64,000 bases of DNA from Eledone cirrhosa. Lineage: Eukaryota. Location: positions 390,848,001 through 390,912,000 of the forward strand of contig OZ024740.1 in NCBI GenBank assembly GCA_964016885.1, given 5' to 3'. Shown one piece after another: positions 50,776 to 64,000 of this stretch. The position numbers and the translations under genes are program-made. Below the pieces are notes generated by a model, which made no database searches, had not been told where the DNA came from, and saw only the letters and a program-made list of their open reading frames with translations. The first letter of the stretch is position 1. Every line of letters begins with the position of its first letter.

Positions 50776-52751
50776 CACTGGTCAACAGCCAAAATGGTTC
50801 TTACATGTGAATATGTGCATCTTACTAATTTCATAGTATTAAATTCAGTTTTGATATTCATTTTTTGCTATCGGACCAGAATGCCTTAATATGAGATCGA
50901 AAATATGTTCCTCGTATTGCATTATTTATCCATTGTGTAACATATGATGACTTAGATATAAACATATTAACTTATTAATAAAAATATATAAACATATTTT
51001 TATTTATTTTTTAACATTTAGTATATTAACAAACTATTTCTGAACAACATTCTGAACATAACAAACTATTTCAAAACATTTCTAAAAAGATTTCTGGATT
51101 TTGCTTTTACGCTTGTTTTGCTGGCTCTCCTCACGTTGCAGTGTCCAGCAGTAGTCACCCATCATGTTGGGATTGAACCGACCCTGATACCAACTCTCCA
51201 TTATGGCAATGTCCTGGTGAAACCTCTCTCCATGTTCATCACTGATGTCTCCTAGATTACTTGGGAAGAAATCCAGATGAGAATGGAAGAAATGAAGCTT
51301 CAACGACATTCGTGAACCCAGAGCGCGATAATTTTGTATCATGGTTTCAACAATTTCTTTATAGTTGTCTGCACGGTGGTTTCCAAGAAAGTTCTGTGTC
51401 ACATCTACAAATGATTTCCATGCATTAGTCTCCAAAGGGTTTAGTGTTTTCGTAAACTCACTATCATTAACCAGCATACGAATCTGAGGACCATTCAAAA
51501 CCCCTGCTTTTAACTTTGCTTCAGATACCACTCCACCTAATTTCTTACACAAGTACTGAAACCCATTACCTGTATGATCCATGCTTTTAATAGAGTTTTT
51601 GGCCAAGCCTAATTTGAGATGTCATGGAGGGAGGAATGCTTTTTCTGGATCCACGAAAGGTTTGTACAAGCAGTTGAATCTACGGGTGCATCCTTTGGTC
51701 TTGTTGGCCAATCCTTCTTCATGTAGTGCTCCGCATCTGCTCTACTATTCCACAAACATAGAAAACACATATGCTTTGTGTAACCAGTCTGAAGACCTAG
51801 AAGTAGACTAATTAAGTTGCTTATGACGATGACGAGTGGTTGTAATGCGGACGCCAGGTTCCAGCAGGTTTCGTTGCTTCAGTTTTGATCCCAGGAGCTC
51901 TGCCTTTTCTTTAGACAAATGTAGGTCTTTAATGAGATCGTGAAGAGCTTCCTGGTTAAATGGTATGGGTTCACTTGTCTTATGTTCGTCTTGATAGTCA
52001 TCATTAATAGGGGTGCTACTGGAATCAGAATCAGAGATTAGCTCGTGTTCAGCAGGTGGAACTGGAACAGGTAATTCGTCACTGTGAGGTGCTGGTCGGA
52101 TTGCTGACGAGATATTGGGGTATTGAAGTGTAGTTCGTGTCTTCACAGTTATTCCTTGGATGTTTATATGGCAGAAGTAACAATCGTTATTGTGGTCTTT
52201 TGGTTCTCGCCACACCATTGGTACGGCAAATGGCAAACCAGAGCTTCGTTTCCCATTCTTCCATTCACTTAGGTGACTAACACGTGACCTACACGCTATA
52301 TGAGGCGCCCATTTATTGTCCTGGTCTCCTAATGGACATTTGAAGTAGCATTTGTAGTTTACTCGAACTGCTTTTGTGATTGGTTTCTTTATGCTTTCTG
52401 GGGTAAAGAGTCCACAAATATAGCAAAATCGGTCCGGGTCATTTACACATTTCCGGCGTTCCATCTCTCCCACTAGTCAAAGTTGTTGTGAATTATCCAA
52501 GAATAGCTGAGGATAGTTACAATTCTGTGATCTGAAACAAAAGCAGTAAATATAAATTAGTTAACAACTAAATATAGTGGATACAATTGGATGAAGTAAT
52601 ATGAGCCACATAGCTATGGGTCATAAACATGGATATGCTGGTTCTCGAAAACTTAACCGTTGTCATATTCAAATTCTGCACACTTGATTACCCTAGAATC
52701 ATACTAAATTATACCAGAACCATGAAATGAATATTTTTTTGTTGACCAGTG
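50776..52751 (-). mobile_element. Chapaev3-like DNA transposon, internally deleted
   Basis: 12-bp perfect TIRs cactggtcaaca/tgttgaccagtg; 3-bp TSD CTA (50773-50775, 52752-52754). Transposase pieces CVNDPDRFCYICG...GDQDNKWAPHIAC...PMVWREPKDHNNDCYFC and HLKLG...GPQIR...MSLKLHFFHSHLDFFP...SDEHGERFHQDI...DYCW. Confidence 0.85.
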
Positions 52752-53061
52752 CTATCAACACCTACAGGGCGTGGAGTTCACCATGTCCTATCCAACGCCG
52801 ATAGTCCTTACACATACATTTGAGTGAACCATGTTCTGGATCCTACAAAATATAAACTGTGTGGAAAAATACATTATTTTACTATTTTCAAGCCGGGGGG
52901 GGGGGGGGGGGGGGGGGGCCTTTGAAAAAACTGGACGACTGCACACAGAAAGTTCAGGTGAATACCAAGTTTTGTTTTCGACGAATCATGCATTTTGTGT
53001 TATTTTTCTACACTTATACACAATACGGTTGCGCACAACACACACCGAGGCCAAAATAACA

Positions 53062-54255
53062 ATAATTGTTTCTATTTTTGGTACTTTATTTTATCGACCC
53101 CGTAAGGATGAAAGGCAAAGTTAACCTCGGCGAGATTTGAACTCAGAATGGCAAGGGCCGTAACTCTATGCTGAAAAGCATGGTGCCCGAACCTCTACCG
53201 ATAGTGCCAATCCGCCGCCAAAATAACAATAATGTCAAATCTGCAGGATTTACACAAAATCTAACAAAAATATTTTACAACAAAATACGCGCACATTAAA
53301 AATAGAATAATGGTTTCTGATTTAGGCACAAGGCCAACAATTTTAGGTGAGGGGAAAGTCGATTAAATCGACCTCAGTGCATTACTGGTGCTTTATTTTA
53401 TCGACTCCGTAAAGATGAAAGGCAAAGATAACCTTCGCGGGATTTGAACTCAGAACGTAAAGTTTCGTAACTCTATGCTGAAAAGCATGGTGTCCGACGC
53501 TCTACCGATTCTGCCAATCCACCGCCCAACTCAAATTGCACATTCGGCAACAACACTCATATTTATCCCCAAAGAAATATTTCTGGGATATCAGCTGCAA
53601 AAATGAAATTTTAGCCCTGTCTGTTGTTAACAGACACCACTAGATATGGACCGTCAAACTGAAAGAAAATTCACTCAGAATAACTATGCATCCGAATCAT
53701 GCGTGACCTTTGGCCGAAAACATTACTGGAGATGTCGTAGCCTTTATGCATATCTGCGCATCATCAACTATGGCATGCCCAGTCCTAATAATTTGAAAAT
53801 AAATTTTGACAGCTTTCAAACAAATTTTTCAATGGTCTTGATGCCATTGTTATAGTCTATACTGGCCAACCCAGAGTAGAAAGGAGTGGTTGATAGTTCA
53901 ACGAGTAAAAATGTATCTGGTACCCCGATTTTTCACCTGCTATTCTCCTCGTCAAACACCACCTCAACAACAACAATGACAGAAACAACGAAACAACCCA
54001 CCACCACCACTGAAATAATTGTTTCTACTTTAGGCACAAGGCCAGCAATTACCAGTGCATTACTGGTACTTTATTTTATCGACCCCGTAAGGATGAAAGG
54101 CAAAGTCAACCTCGGCGGGATTTGAACTCAGATGGTAAAGGGACGTAACTATGCTGGAAAGCATGGCGTCCGACCCTCTACCGATACTGCCAATCCTGAA
54201 ATAATTGTTTCTACTTTTGGCACAAGGCCAGCAATTACCCAGTGTATTACTGGTA
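53062..54255 (-). mobile_element. Reverse-orientation SINE copies (53062-53218, 53308-53527, 54015-54195, 54200-54255 partial)
   Basis: Reverse complement of the SINE consensus, each with aataat flanks. Confidence 0.85.
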
Positions 54256-56245
54256 CCTGAAATAATAACAACAAAATAGGCAGTTTGCCATTGGCTTGCT
54301 ACAGAAATGATTGCTAGCAAAAGAAAACATACAACAAAAAAAATTCAACTGACAAAATCATAGAAAGCTTGTGTAACAAATCAATAGAAAAAAAATATGG
54401 GGGTGAACAACAACATCTATAGCCAAAATATCATCAACACCACAACCTATACTGTTATGAACTACGCCAACTGGGAGCTATAGCTCAATCAAGATCGATA
54501 GTGCGAACAAGAACACCTTTTCCCCCAAACACACCCACACTGTAAATACTGCTTAGGCCCAATATCAGTCCACGATCAAATACAACCCACAAATAGGAAA
54601 CAAATAAAAGTTGTGGGAGAAGACAGAGTGTGCAAGGGCTACTAGTGTGGATGTCCTCGAATCCGAGGTCTGCAATTCCCATTTATTGCCAACACCACAA
54701 CCTAACAATGTCACCAACAACCCCTAAAAGAACAACGTACTCGAGAAACCAGAACGGTTGCAGCAGTAACAGCAGTAACGGCCGTTAAGCATCAACATAA
54801 TAACAGCAGCGATAAGAATTAGAGCAACAATAGAAACAAACTCCAGAAACAGCAAGACAAGCGGTAATCATAGAAACTCCAGAAACAGCAATAACAAAAA
54901 AAAAAACAAGACACCACCTCTTTCCCCCAAAAGCATATCTCGTTCTTGTCCTCTCGAACAAAACATGAACATACACAAATTATCTCAAGTATTTTGAAAC
55001 CAGCTTCAATTAATCATCTTTTCAAACTACAAGTCTTCCGAGGAAGTGTCACATTTAAAAGTTCTTGACCTTTCTCGGATGAAGTGATAAAAATTCAATT
55101 ATCGGTCAAAGATAAAATCCAACTAAAGTTGACCTTCTTAGAATATATAAAATGTCCACGTGTTTATCGAAAATATTATATTTCATCTGCCTGTCACCCA
55201 CCTTGTGGATTGTCTCTGTCATCTGAGGGTTTTTGCCCATCGCTGGCTTTGACAGCATTTAGCCATTTTAACGGCTGTTCTTGTGATGAGTTTTTTTTCT
55301 CATTTGTATATGTATTACGATACAGCTTTTGATACCATGTATACAATATCAAATTTTCATGAAGCACAGACACGTAGACAAAATTATATATGTAGTTATA
55401 AATATATTTATAAAGTGGTAGATGTCGGGGTATAAGTAGATCACAACATCATAGGAATATATTAATATCTGTATACTTGCAAAACATCAGCTTAATGTTA
55501 AGTTGGAATATTTGAATGTTGGTTGTATTTGGTACTCAGAAATGTTATTTTGTTTGACCTTCTGCAGCCTATGATAGAATTGTAGAGAGGGGGTAAGGTT
55601 AACATGGGTATTGGGGATGAGTGAGAGTTTTACTCAATCAATACATTTAAAGAAATAGAATTGTTACTATAGTTGACGTAACAGCGACAATTAATAACTC
55701 TAAACGAGAGAGAGAGACATGGTGGTGCGCTTTGATGAACTATTTGTCGTGCAGTACTTTGCTAATCTGGTGAGTAGTCGTAAAACAGTTTGGTTGGAGC
55801 TATAATCTGTAAAGACACTGGAAAAATTATATTACGAAATTTAAGTACATCCTTGTACATTCTGAGTTCATGTTTTACCATGATTGACCATGTAGCGCAT
55901 GTAGTCACGCTTTGTAGTTGGGACAGAAATTTCTAGCTACTAACCAAAGTTAAAACCATACCTCATATCAAAGAGGAATTCCGAATAAAATCACCGAATA
56001 AAATCATTTGCTTTTTTGTATCACCTTCTCCATATAGAATCTATTTGCTTGTATCGACGTGATCTTCACTAATATTCCTAGGTAATACCTTTTCATTGCA
56101 ACAATAGGAGCTATTTTATATAATTAAATATGTATATAAATGAAGTAATGTGAACATTTATATAAATGAATAATTATAATTTAGCACTCAATGCAGCATG
56201 TGGTAATGGGATGTGGTGAGATGTAACTTACAAAGGAAGTTATAT

Positions 56246-56720
56246 TTCTTCTTCTTCTTCACCCACTTATTCCTGAGAAGGTCGTGGGGGCAGAGTACTT
56301 AAACATTCCTTCCAGCAGGTACTGTCAGAAATAACCGCATCCAGCTATCCGGCTGGATCCCCAAGCATGACCAGCCAAGCTCATGGATGTTATCCAACCA
56401 TCATACTCGAGGTCTACCTCTGGGTCTCCTGTCGGTTGGTTTTGCCCGTAAAATCTGTCCAGCCATTCTTTCCTGAGACATTCTAACCACGTGCCCATAG
56501 TATCGGAGCTGTGATGTCGCAATTCGGAGAAGTAGCAGTTCTATCTGGAGTGACTCTTTGATCTTGCAGTTACGCAGTCTATCGAGTAACGTTACTCCAA
56601 AGACCCTTCGGAGGAATCCCGGCCGCTTCTATTCGTGATCGTATTCTTTCTGTCATTACTCAATAATTTATGACTATAGGTAAGGGTTTGCACGAATACC
56701 GAATTCAAGATAGCGAGTTA
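56246..56720 (-). mobile_element. RTE-clade LINE 3' fragment with (GAA)n tail
   Basis: Homologous to 1775-2250; ttcttcttcttc at 56246. Confidence 0.8.
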
Positions 56721-57719
56721 TATTCCATTTATCCCAATTATAACTCCATGGATCAGATGAGTGGTTCTTATAATCCCTTTACATATTGTTTATTAAGGAA
56801 GATAATGGATGATTGAATTATATCTTCTTTCATCTTTTTCTACAATTGCTTACACACCTTGCTTCATTTAAATTAAAGAATACTCCAAAAAGTATCTATT
56901 GAAACTATAGCAATAATGTCTATATATTTGTTAGAATTTTATATTCCCGATAATCAGTTTTGGTTGCCTTTATAATGAGAAATTAATCTGTCAAACATTA
57001 ATCTAAACTAATCTTCCTAATTGATCTACCAATTACTCTTATCAATTTGTTAAAATAATTATCTATTAATTTAGTATAAAGCAATTAGTGCAATTGCTTT
57101 CCAGCAATATTTACTGACTCATAATTGAGGTTAAATATCCGTGTGTATTTCTGTATGTATGATTATTTTTTGCATTACACTAATATCTCACGATTCATCA
57201 TTCTTTTTCTTCTCCACACTTGCCTTTTTTCACACTCTTTCCTTCTGTTCCTATACCTTGCTTCCCCTATTATTGCTCCATGTTTACTCTCTCATCCCAC
57301 TCCTCTCTCTCTTCTATTCTTAGTTTGTTCATTTCCCTTTGTTCATCTCAAACTCAGTAGAAAATAAAACTGAAGCCGCTATATGGAACCTGTTCCTTCA
57401 CACTGATAAAATGATACACCATAAACGAATGCCAAGCTGCCTGTCAGTTATCATTTCATTTTCTTCCATAATCATGACTAATTTTCTTCTGAAAACGCAT
57501 TCAGAATGTGAAGTCAGAGAGATAAACTTGTCATTTTCAAAATCTGCTCTGATTACTCCCTAGTGGATAAGGCATAATATGCCTCTTTTTGAATTTCCGG
57601 AGCTTTGGAAGATGATTTTCAGCGGGATGAGTATGACCCGTTTAATGGTTATTAGGAGGATTACTAGGAACCCACCTAAGCCAACAGCAGAATGTAAGCT
57701 CATGTCTGTAGTTGATGTA

Positions 57720-58358
57720 CAGGGTGGTCCGAAAGTCTTGTCACCCCCTACCAAAAAGTAAAAAAAAAAACAGTTTATGTTTCCATCGCAGTATCGTCCT
57801 CTTCGGAGGAGCTGGTTTGCCGAATCTTGCAGTGAAGTCATGTCGCACATCCTCCATGCTCTTGCCAGAATGCACACGATGACTTGTAAGCAGGCTCTCT
57901 ACCAAACTGTAGGAGCTCTGAAATAGAAAATGATATTATTATTATATATTATAATTAATGATATTATATATTATATTATTAAAACAACAAATAATTGTTT
58001 CTACTTTTGGCACAAGGCCATCAATTACCCAATACATTACTGGTACTTTATTTTATCGACCCCGTAAGGATGAAAGGCAAAGTTAACCTCGGCGGGATTT
58101 GAATTCAGACCGCAAAGGGACGTAACTATGCTGGAAAGCATGGCGTCCGACCTTCTACCAATACTGCCAATCCACCGCCCTACAAATAATTGTTTCTACT
58201 TTAGGCACAAGGCCAGCAATTACCCAGTGCATTACTGGTACTTTATTTTATCGACCCCGTAAGGATGAAAGGCAAAGTCAACCTCGGCGGGATTTGAACT
58301 CAGAATGAAAGTTAAAACAGCATGTAACAAGGGGTGACAAGACTTTCGGACCACCTTG
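57720..58358 (-). mobile_element. Tc1/mariner-superfamily deleted element carrying two nested SINEs
   Basis: TA + cagggtggtccgaaagtcttgtcacccc ... ggggtgacaagactttcggaccaccttg + TA (28-bp TIR, one mismatch). Minus-strand HTH remnant MEDVRHDFTARFGKPAPPKRTILRWKHKLF. SINEs at 57990-58305. Confidence 0.8.
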
Positions 58359-58459
58359 TACTTGAAGGTTGTCATTTCTCTGTGTATATGAATGTTATAT
58401 GAATGAACTCACCCAGCTTATTAATTTTTATGTCTTTCGACCTGTGAACATTGTCATCC

Positions 58460-61400
58460 GTGGCAAGTCTCTCCCTTTACTGTTTACGGGGGACTGAAAT
58501 GGTGTCTTAGACGCATGCTGTGTAGGAATAGCTGATAAAAGCAGGGGGTGCAAAAGCCTCAAGTACCTGATCAGCCAGTTCCAACTGTCTGACAAGTACT
58601 GACGAGATTTCCCTAATGCGCCAGTGTGAAACTGGACCAACCATTAGGGTCATTTAGATCGTATATAGATAGGTTCTTTATTAGGTCAGCAGATAAGGAT
58701 AGGATAGGTTGTCCACATTTTCAAACGGTCGCCTATTCAGATCACAAGTTTGTGATCTGATGGGTGATCTAGATAGGACACACAGGTTAAAACTTGGTTA
58801 CTGGAAGCTTAACATGTTGTTCACGACACGTAAAGCTTACAGGGACAGGGTCATCAATTTAGTTAAGCAAAAGTTGACAACAACAGATGGGGGGGGGGGG
58901 CTCTCAAAAGAGAAATTAGAGCAATGTCGATAGATTTTAGCAAAGAAGTAGCTTTAGAAAAAAGATAGAAAGGGGGGAAAGCTGATAGCTAAATTAGACG
59001 AGCCTATTAGTAGTGACATTGTAAACTGGCGTACTAGCGGTGAGAATGGCATTAGATTATTTCCTCAATGCGAAACACGAAGATTACATTGTCAGGGTTA
59101 AAGCGCGTGCTCTAAGAAACGAGGGAATCAAAGCTGTTCGATGGGCCCGCGTGGCAGAGGCGCAGTGTGGTAACAAATCCACAATTCGGTCTTTGACGAA
59201 CCGAGACGAACGTGAGCTGAACGATTCCAAGCAGATGTATGAGGCCTTTCGCCAGCACTTTGCTCGGCTCTTCGGGGGGAGCGGGTGATTCGGAGATGGT
59301 GGCGGATTTCAGTCCCTGCCTCGACTGCCTACCGCGTCTCTTGCCAACTGATGCTGAGCGCTGCAAAAGGCCGATAACTTCAGCCGAGATTCTGGATGCT
59401 CTAATTGGCTGCACGAGGTGCAAGTCACCCGGTTTGGATGGTCTACCTTATGATCTTTACGAAGACATACCAGACTTGTTCTACAATCTCCTTGAGGCGC
59501 TCTACAGCAACTGGCAGCAAAACGGGAGTATTCCTAGTTCTGTGAGGTGGGGTGTAGTGATGCTGATAAGTAAAGGCGTAAACAAGAGGGATACATTAGA
59601 CAACTTCAGGCCCATAACTCTGCTAAATACAGAGTTTAACATTTTGGCCAAGATGTTAGCAAATAGGTTGGAACTTGTAGAGGAGGTGCAAATTTGCGCA
59701 ATCCCGACCAGGTCCATACACGACAACCTCCACCTCATGCGATACATCATAGATAGAATAGGGTGTAAACCTGGCTTCGGTGAAGCTCTGATCAATTTAG
59801 ATCAATCGAAAGCTTTCGATACGGTCGACCATCGACACCTGGAGGCTGTCCTCAAGGTAGCTGTCTTCAGTCCCGTCTTCAAAGGCTGAATAGCTGTAAT
59901 GCACAACGGCACCTTCTCGGTCCTCAAAGTTAATGGCCATCTTTCGGAACCGTTTCAGACCTGCCGATCGGTCCCTCAAGGATGCCTCTCTCTCTTCCCT
60001 TCTGTACACATTGACTCTCGAGTCTTTACTACAGAAGCTGGAGCTGTTGCAAAGCATCCTGCTCGAACCGGGGCGTGGTAAGGCTGTGTCAGCATATGCG
60101 GACGACGTCACCGTGATGGTATCGAGGTGGTCGGCACCTGCTTGGAGGAATATGAAAGGTTGGCGGGAGCAAAACTAAAAGTCGGTGGGCTTGCAGCTCG
60201 GCACCTGGAGAGGCAAGTTCATGCCCTCCAACAGCGTTGTCGGGCGTTGCACGGACGGACCAGTAAAGTTGGTCGGGATGTTTCGAACCAAATCTCCAGG
60301 AGGATAAGAATCAGGACGAGGTGACGATCAGGGTAGACACTCTCACAGAGAAATGGGCCGAGGGGAAGCTAACCCTGAAAGGTGAGGCGGAGGTGGTGAA
60401 CGCGTACATCGCGTCCGTCACCAATTACCGCCTCACCGTTGTGTCTTGTCCCCGTACGCGCCTCGCCAAATTGGAACGGCTACTATTTAACTTTTTGTGG
60501 AAGGGACAGGTTCCGTTGATGAGACGGTTCATCAGCTGCCTGCACCCTCTATGCGCTGCAGCATCTCCAGATATTCTGCCTAAACGGTGAACAGGTGTGA
60601 TTGCCATTTGTGAGACAGGCCTTTCCGCAGCTCGTCTCTTTGACTGAACTAGAGTCCTAGGTCAAGAAGAGACCGAGACTGGGTGACTGACATCTGAAAT
60701 ATTGCCAGGCACTCGCTGCCCTCTACCAGGCGGGCAATAGGTCAGTGGGACTTCCACTCTCGAGTTCTATAGATGATTAGAGATGGGCAAATGCGATGAC
60801 GCGCTCGGAGAGTCTCTGGGCGTATACGAAGTTGAACTGACCAGTCAGTTCGTTCATGAGGACTTTCGAGTCAGGGACTATGGACAATTTCCAGAAATTC
60901 CTTGCTTGGTAGTGCTACCGGGGGGCACTGCCGGTTCGAGATAAACTCTACAGGCATGGAGGTGCTGTCAGACGGAGCTGCCCGAGATGCACGCAGGGCG
61001 ACGAAAGTGTTCTGCACGCTATCGTCCAGTGTCCGTGTATTACTGACTTGTGGATTTATGTCCAACAGCTATTGTCGTGTAGAACGGATCCGGCTACCGA
61101 CCGAGTCCATAGTGAAGGACAGGCAGTTTTGGTCAGGAAGGCCAGGCAGTTTGGGACAGGAAGGACAGGCAGTTTTCCTCAGTCTGGTGGCGGTAGCGAA
61201 AAAGATTGCGTGATGGACTAGGTTGAAAGGACTGAAGACAGACACTTTTCTCTTCAGCCAATCCCTCATCAAGTTTCACTTCGAAAGGAAGGTGAAGGTG
61301 GAGAGAGAAGTGCTGCTCCCCAATACATTAACTAAAACGTGGGTGAATGTGGCTAGAATGGCCCGTATGAATGGGCCTACTCTGAGCATGCGCCTGTAGG

Positions 61401-61672
61401 CTGGTTAATTTGAGGAGGAGAGGGGTGCCCTTCCCGGGTCCCCTCGAAGCGTCGGGTGGTTCATGATTGATGGGGTCTCTGAGTCACCCCTGGGAGGTTC
61501 TCACCACTGTCAGGGAATTTTATTGTACTTTGTATTGTTGTTTTTGTTAATTTATTTTCTACTCGATTCTATTTTAACTCCTTACTTTCCCTGTCTTTTT
61601 GTATTGTCCCCTATATGTAGGCCCTAGTGGTCAATAGAGAAATTACTATTATTATTCATTATTATTATTATG
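58460..61672 (+). mobile_element. Tx1-clade LINE copy F, 5'-truncated, more diverged subfamily
   Basis: GYWKLN, KSPGLDGLP, NFRPITLLNTEF, SAYADD and CCHC remnants; ATT-rich tail at 61642-61672. Confidence 0.85.
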
Positions 61673-61682
61673 ATTGTGGATA

Positions 61683-62600
61683 GGGCGGTGGATTGGCAGT
61701 ATCGGTAGAGGTTCGGACGCCATGCTTTGCAGCATAGAGTTACGGCCCTTTATGATCTGAGTTCAAATTCCGCCGAGGTTAACTTTGCCTTTCATCCTTA
61801 CGCGGTCGATAAAATAAAGTACCAGTCACGCACTGGGGTCGATTTAATCGACTTTCCCCTACCCCAAAATTGCAGGCCTTGTGCCTATATAGGAAACCAT
61901 TATTATGATTTGGCAGTATCGGTAGAGCGTCGGACGCCATGCTTTGCAGCAAAGAGTTACGGCCCTTTATGATCTGAGTTCAAATCCCGCTGAGGTTAAC
62001 TTTGCCTTTCATCCTTACAGGGTCGATAAAATAAAGTACCAGTAATGTACTGAGGTAGATTTAATCGACTTTCCCCTCCCCCCAAATTGTGTCTAAAGTA
62101 GAAACAATTATTATGACTGTGGATTGGTAGAGCATCGGACATGGTTTTGTAGCAAGAGTTATAACCCTTTATGTTCTGAGTGCAAATCCCACCAAGGTTA
62201 GCTACGCCTTTCATCCTGGGGGGGGGGGGGGGGTCGATAAAATGGAGTACCTATAACGCACTGGGGTAGATTTAATCGATTTTTGCCCTTTCTTTCAAAT
62301 TGCGAGCTCTGTGCCTCTATCAGGAAACCATTATTAACGGCGGTGGATTGGTAGTATCGGTAGAGGGTCAGACGCCATGCTTTACAACAAAGAGTTATGG
62401 CCCGTTTCGGTCTAAGTCCATATCCCGCCGAGGTTAACTTTGACTTTCATCCTTACGGGGTCGATAAAATAAAGTACCAGTAATTCACTGAGATAATTGC
62501 TGGCCTTGTGCCAAAAGTAGACAATTATTATTGTTGGGTTGGCAATATCGTTAGAGTGTCGCATAAGCTTTGCGGCATAGTTACCGCCCTTGTGCCTAAA
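61683..62600 (+). mobile_element. Head-to-tail array of four to five SINEs after the Tx1 tail
   Basis: SINE heads at ~61683, 61910, 62118, 62338 and 62537, each preceded by attatt. Confidence 0.9.
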
Positions 62601-63749
62601 TTATAAACTGTAACCCCAACTACTGCTACTAATTCTACTACTTCTTCCAAGAATATTTCATCTTGCATTGGATTTTAAATTTCGTAAAACTAATTTTTCA
62701 CAATTGTTTTAACACCAAATTAATTCAATATAAAAATAAACTAAGTATGGTTTTTAACGAAATTTTTCGTTGCACTTTATTCATTATATTGAACCGCGTG
62801 ATGATAAAATAAAGGTTCAGAAAATTTACAAGAACCCATGAATTTCATTATATGACGCATTCAATTCTAAAGGATATTTCAAGTATATGTCAAATATTCA
62901 TCATTCCAATATATGTGTTTATTGATGACGAATATATGTTAATGGATTTCAAAACAAAATCCGATGCTGAAAATAATTTATTTTGAACTGAATTTACGCA
63001 CTTACTATTGAACTATCAACTAGGATTTAAAGTTGTCAGATAGTTTGTGTTTGTATTCAAGATCTAATTTAATATATGCTTGTCACACACTGCATTGGTT
63101 TCTATTTCAGTTTAAAGAAAACACTTTAGGGGTTTGATACTCAAATACATCTATATTCATGAATAGTATTGTAAAAGTTTCACTCATAATTTTTCTGGGT
63201 TCACATATTTTTTGCAAGTTTTCAGTAATTTCTGGAGTATAGATTTCGTCTATAATTTTGTTTGAAAATATTTCAGCAATCTATTGAATTTTAATGTACG
63301 CTTAAGAGTCGTGGTGTTAGCCTTGGCGGTGATACTGCCAGTGTTGTTTTTCAATGAAAGTGTTAAAATATAAGTTTCAACGCAGAGACAACAGAGAGAA
63401 GTTCCATGTGCACAGGTCTCCGATACCCAAGTGGCTAAAGCACCCAAAATGCGGAGTGTTGTAAAAACATTTCGGTAAACACGAGTATTATTTCAAAATG
63501 TATGTGAAATATTTATTTGAGGTGAACAGATATTTTTAATCAAGTAAGTGTATAATTTATTCCAGATTTACATGGATGGAATTTCCTACTGATTAGATTA
63601 GCGCAATCGATAGGCAAGCAGGCAATTGTTTCTGCTTAATGTAATTTTTAGTATTGTATCAAAATCTTAAAGTTGTCTTATTTAAAGATGTATTGTATTC
63701 TTAAAGCTTCATTAGATTAGATTAAACAAAAAATTTAAGAAAAGGATAT

Positions 63750-63970
63750 TAGATCGTCTCCGCCTCCAGCCATTGTCAAATACCGGGGATTGACAGACCG
63801 CTTCCTTTTCACGCTGATTGCAGTTGAAACTTCATCTAACCTAGGTCCCCGAAAGGCTATGTTCCTTCGCAAAATCGGAAAAACAGGAGCCCGCCCCGTG
63901 AGGCGGAGAGGCTGTTGCAGTGAGTTTTATTGACCATTCTTCCGTGGCAATGCTTTCGCCATTTTGTACA
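63750..63970 (+). mobile_element. Possible CRE-clade RLE remnant
   Basis: Degenerate reading KYRGLTDRFLFTLIAVETSSNLGP...FLRKIG...GNAFAIL, similar to 2820-3040. Confidence 0.45.
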
Positions 63971-64000
63971 CGGGACGTAGTTGAAAGAAACCACTTAGAC

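Noticed and set aside
52895-52918. Long G run (also 62218-62233) as a functional G-quadruplex
   Set aside because: Simple homopolymer; the second run is an expansion of the SINE cgggg tract, and run lengths may be sequencing error.
61683-62600. Regularly spaced conserved repeats resembling a CRISPR array
   Set aside because: Units are ~200-bp SINEs conserved along their whole length and dispersed on both strands; there are no unique spacers and no cas genes.

Overview
This is AT-rich, microsatellite-dense eukaryotic genomic DNA. The abundant tRNA-derived SINE and the repeat landscape resemble octopod cephalopods (inference). The only host gene I can support is the 3' end of a classical AQP4-like aquaporin on the + strand: an 81-nt exon with the second NPA box (4722-4802), a ~17.3-kb intron, and a terminal exon (22118-22327). 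Its TGA stop lies in the UGA-CUAG readthrough context known from vertebrate AQP4 and is followed by a 23-codon acidic in-frame extension ending in TAG-TGA; this is the top finding. The rest is mobile DNA, which sorts into two microsatellite-linked groups. The (TA)n-associated group has a Neptune-like Penelope element and many short fold-back or tandem elements with minimal hammerhead ribozyme cores, including a 468-bp tandem repeat with one hammerhead per unit. The (ATT)n-associated group has six Tx1-clade LINE copies, two Dong/R4 retrotransposons and about 25 SINE copies whose 3' end matches the Tx1 3' end. RTE and CRE fragments, a Chapaev3-like DNA transposon, Tc1/mariner relics and a diverged intragenic duplication are also present. 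All calls come from reading the sequence by eye; no searches were run, and repeat boundaries are approximate.
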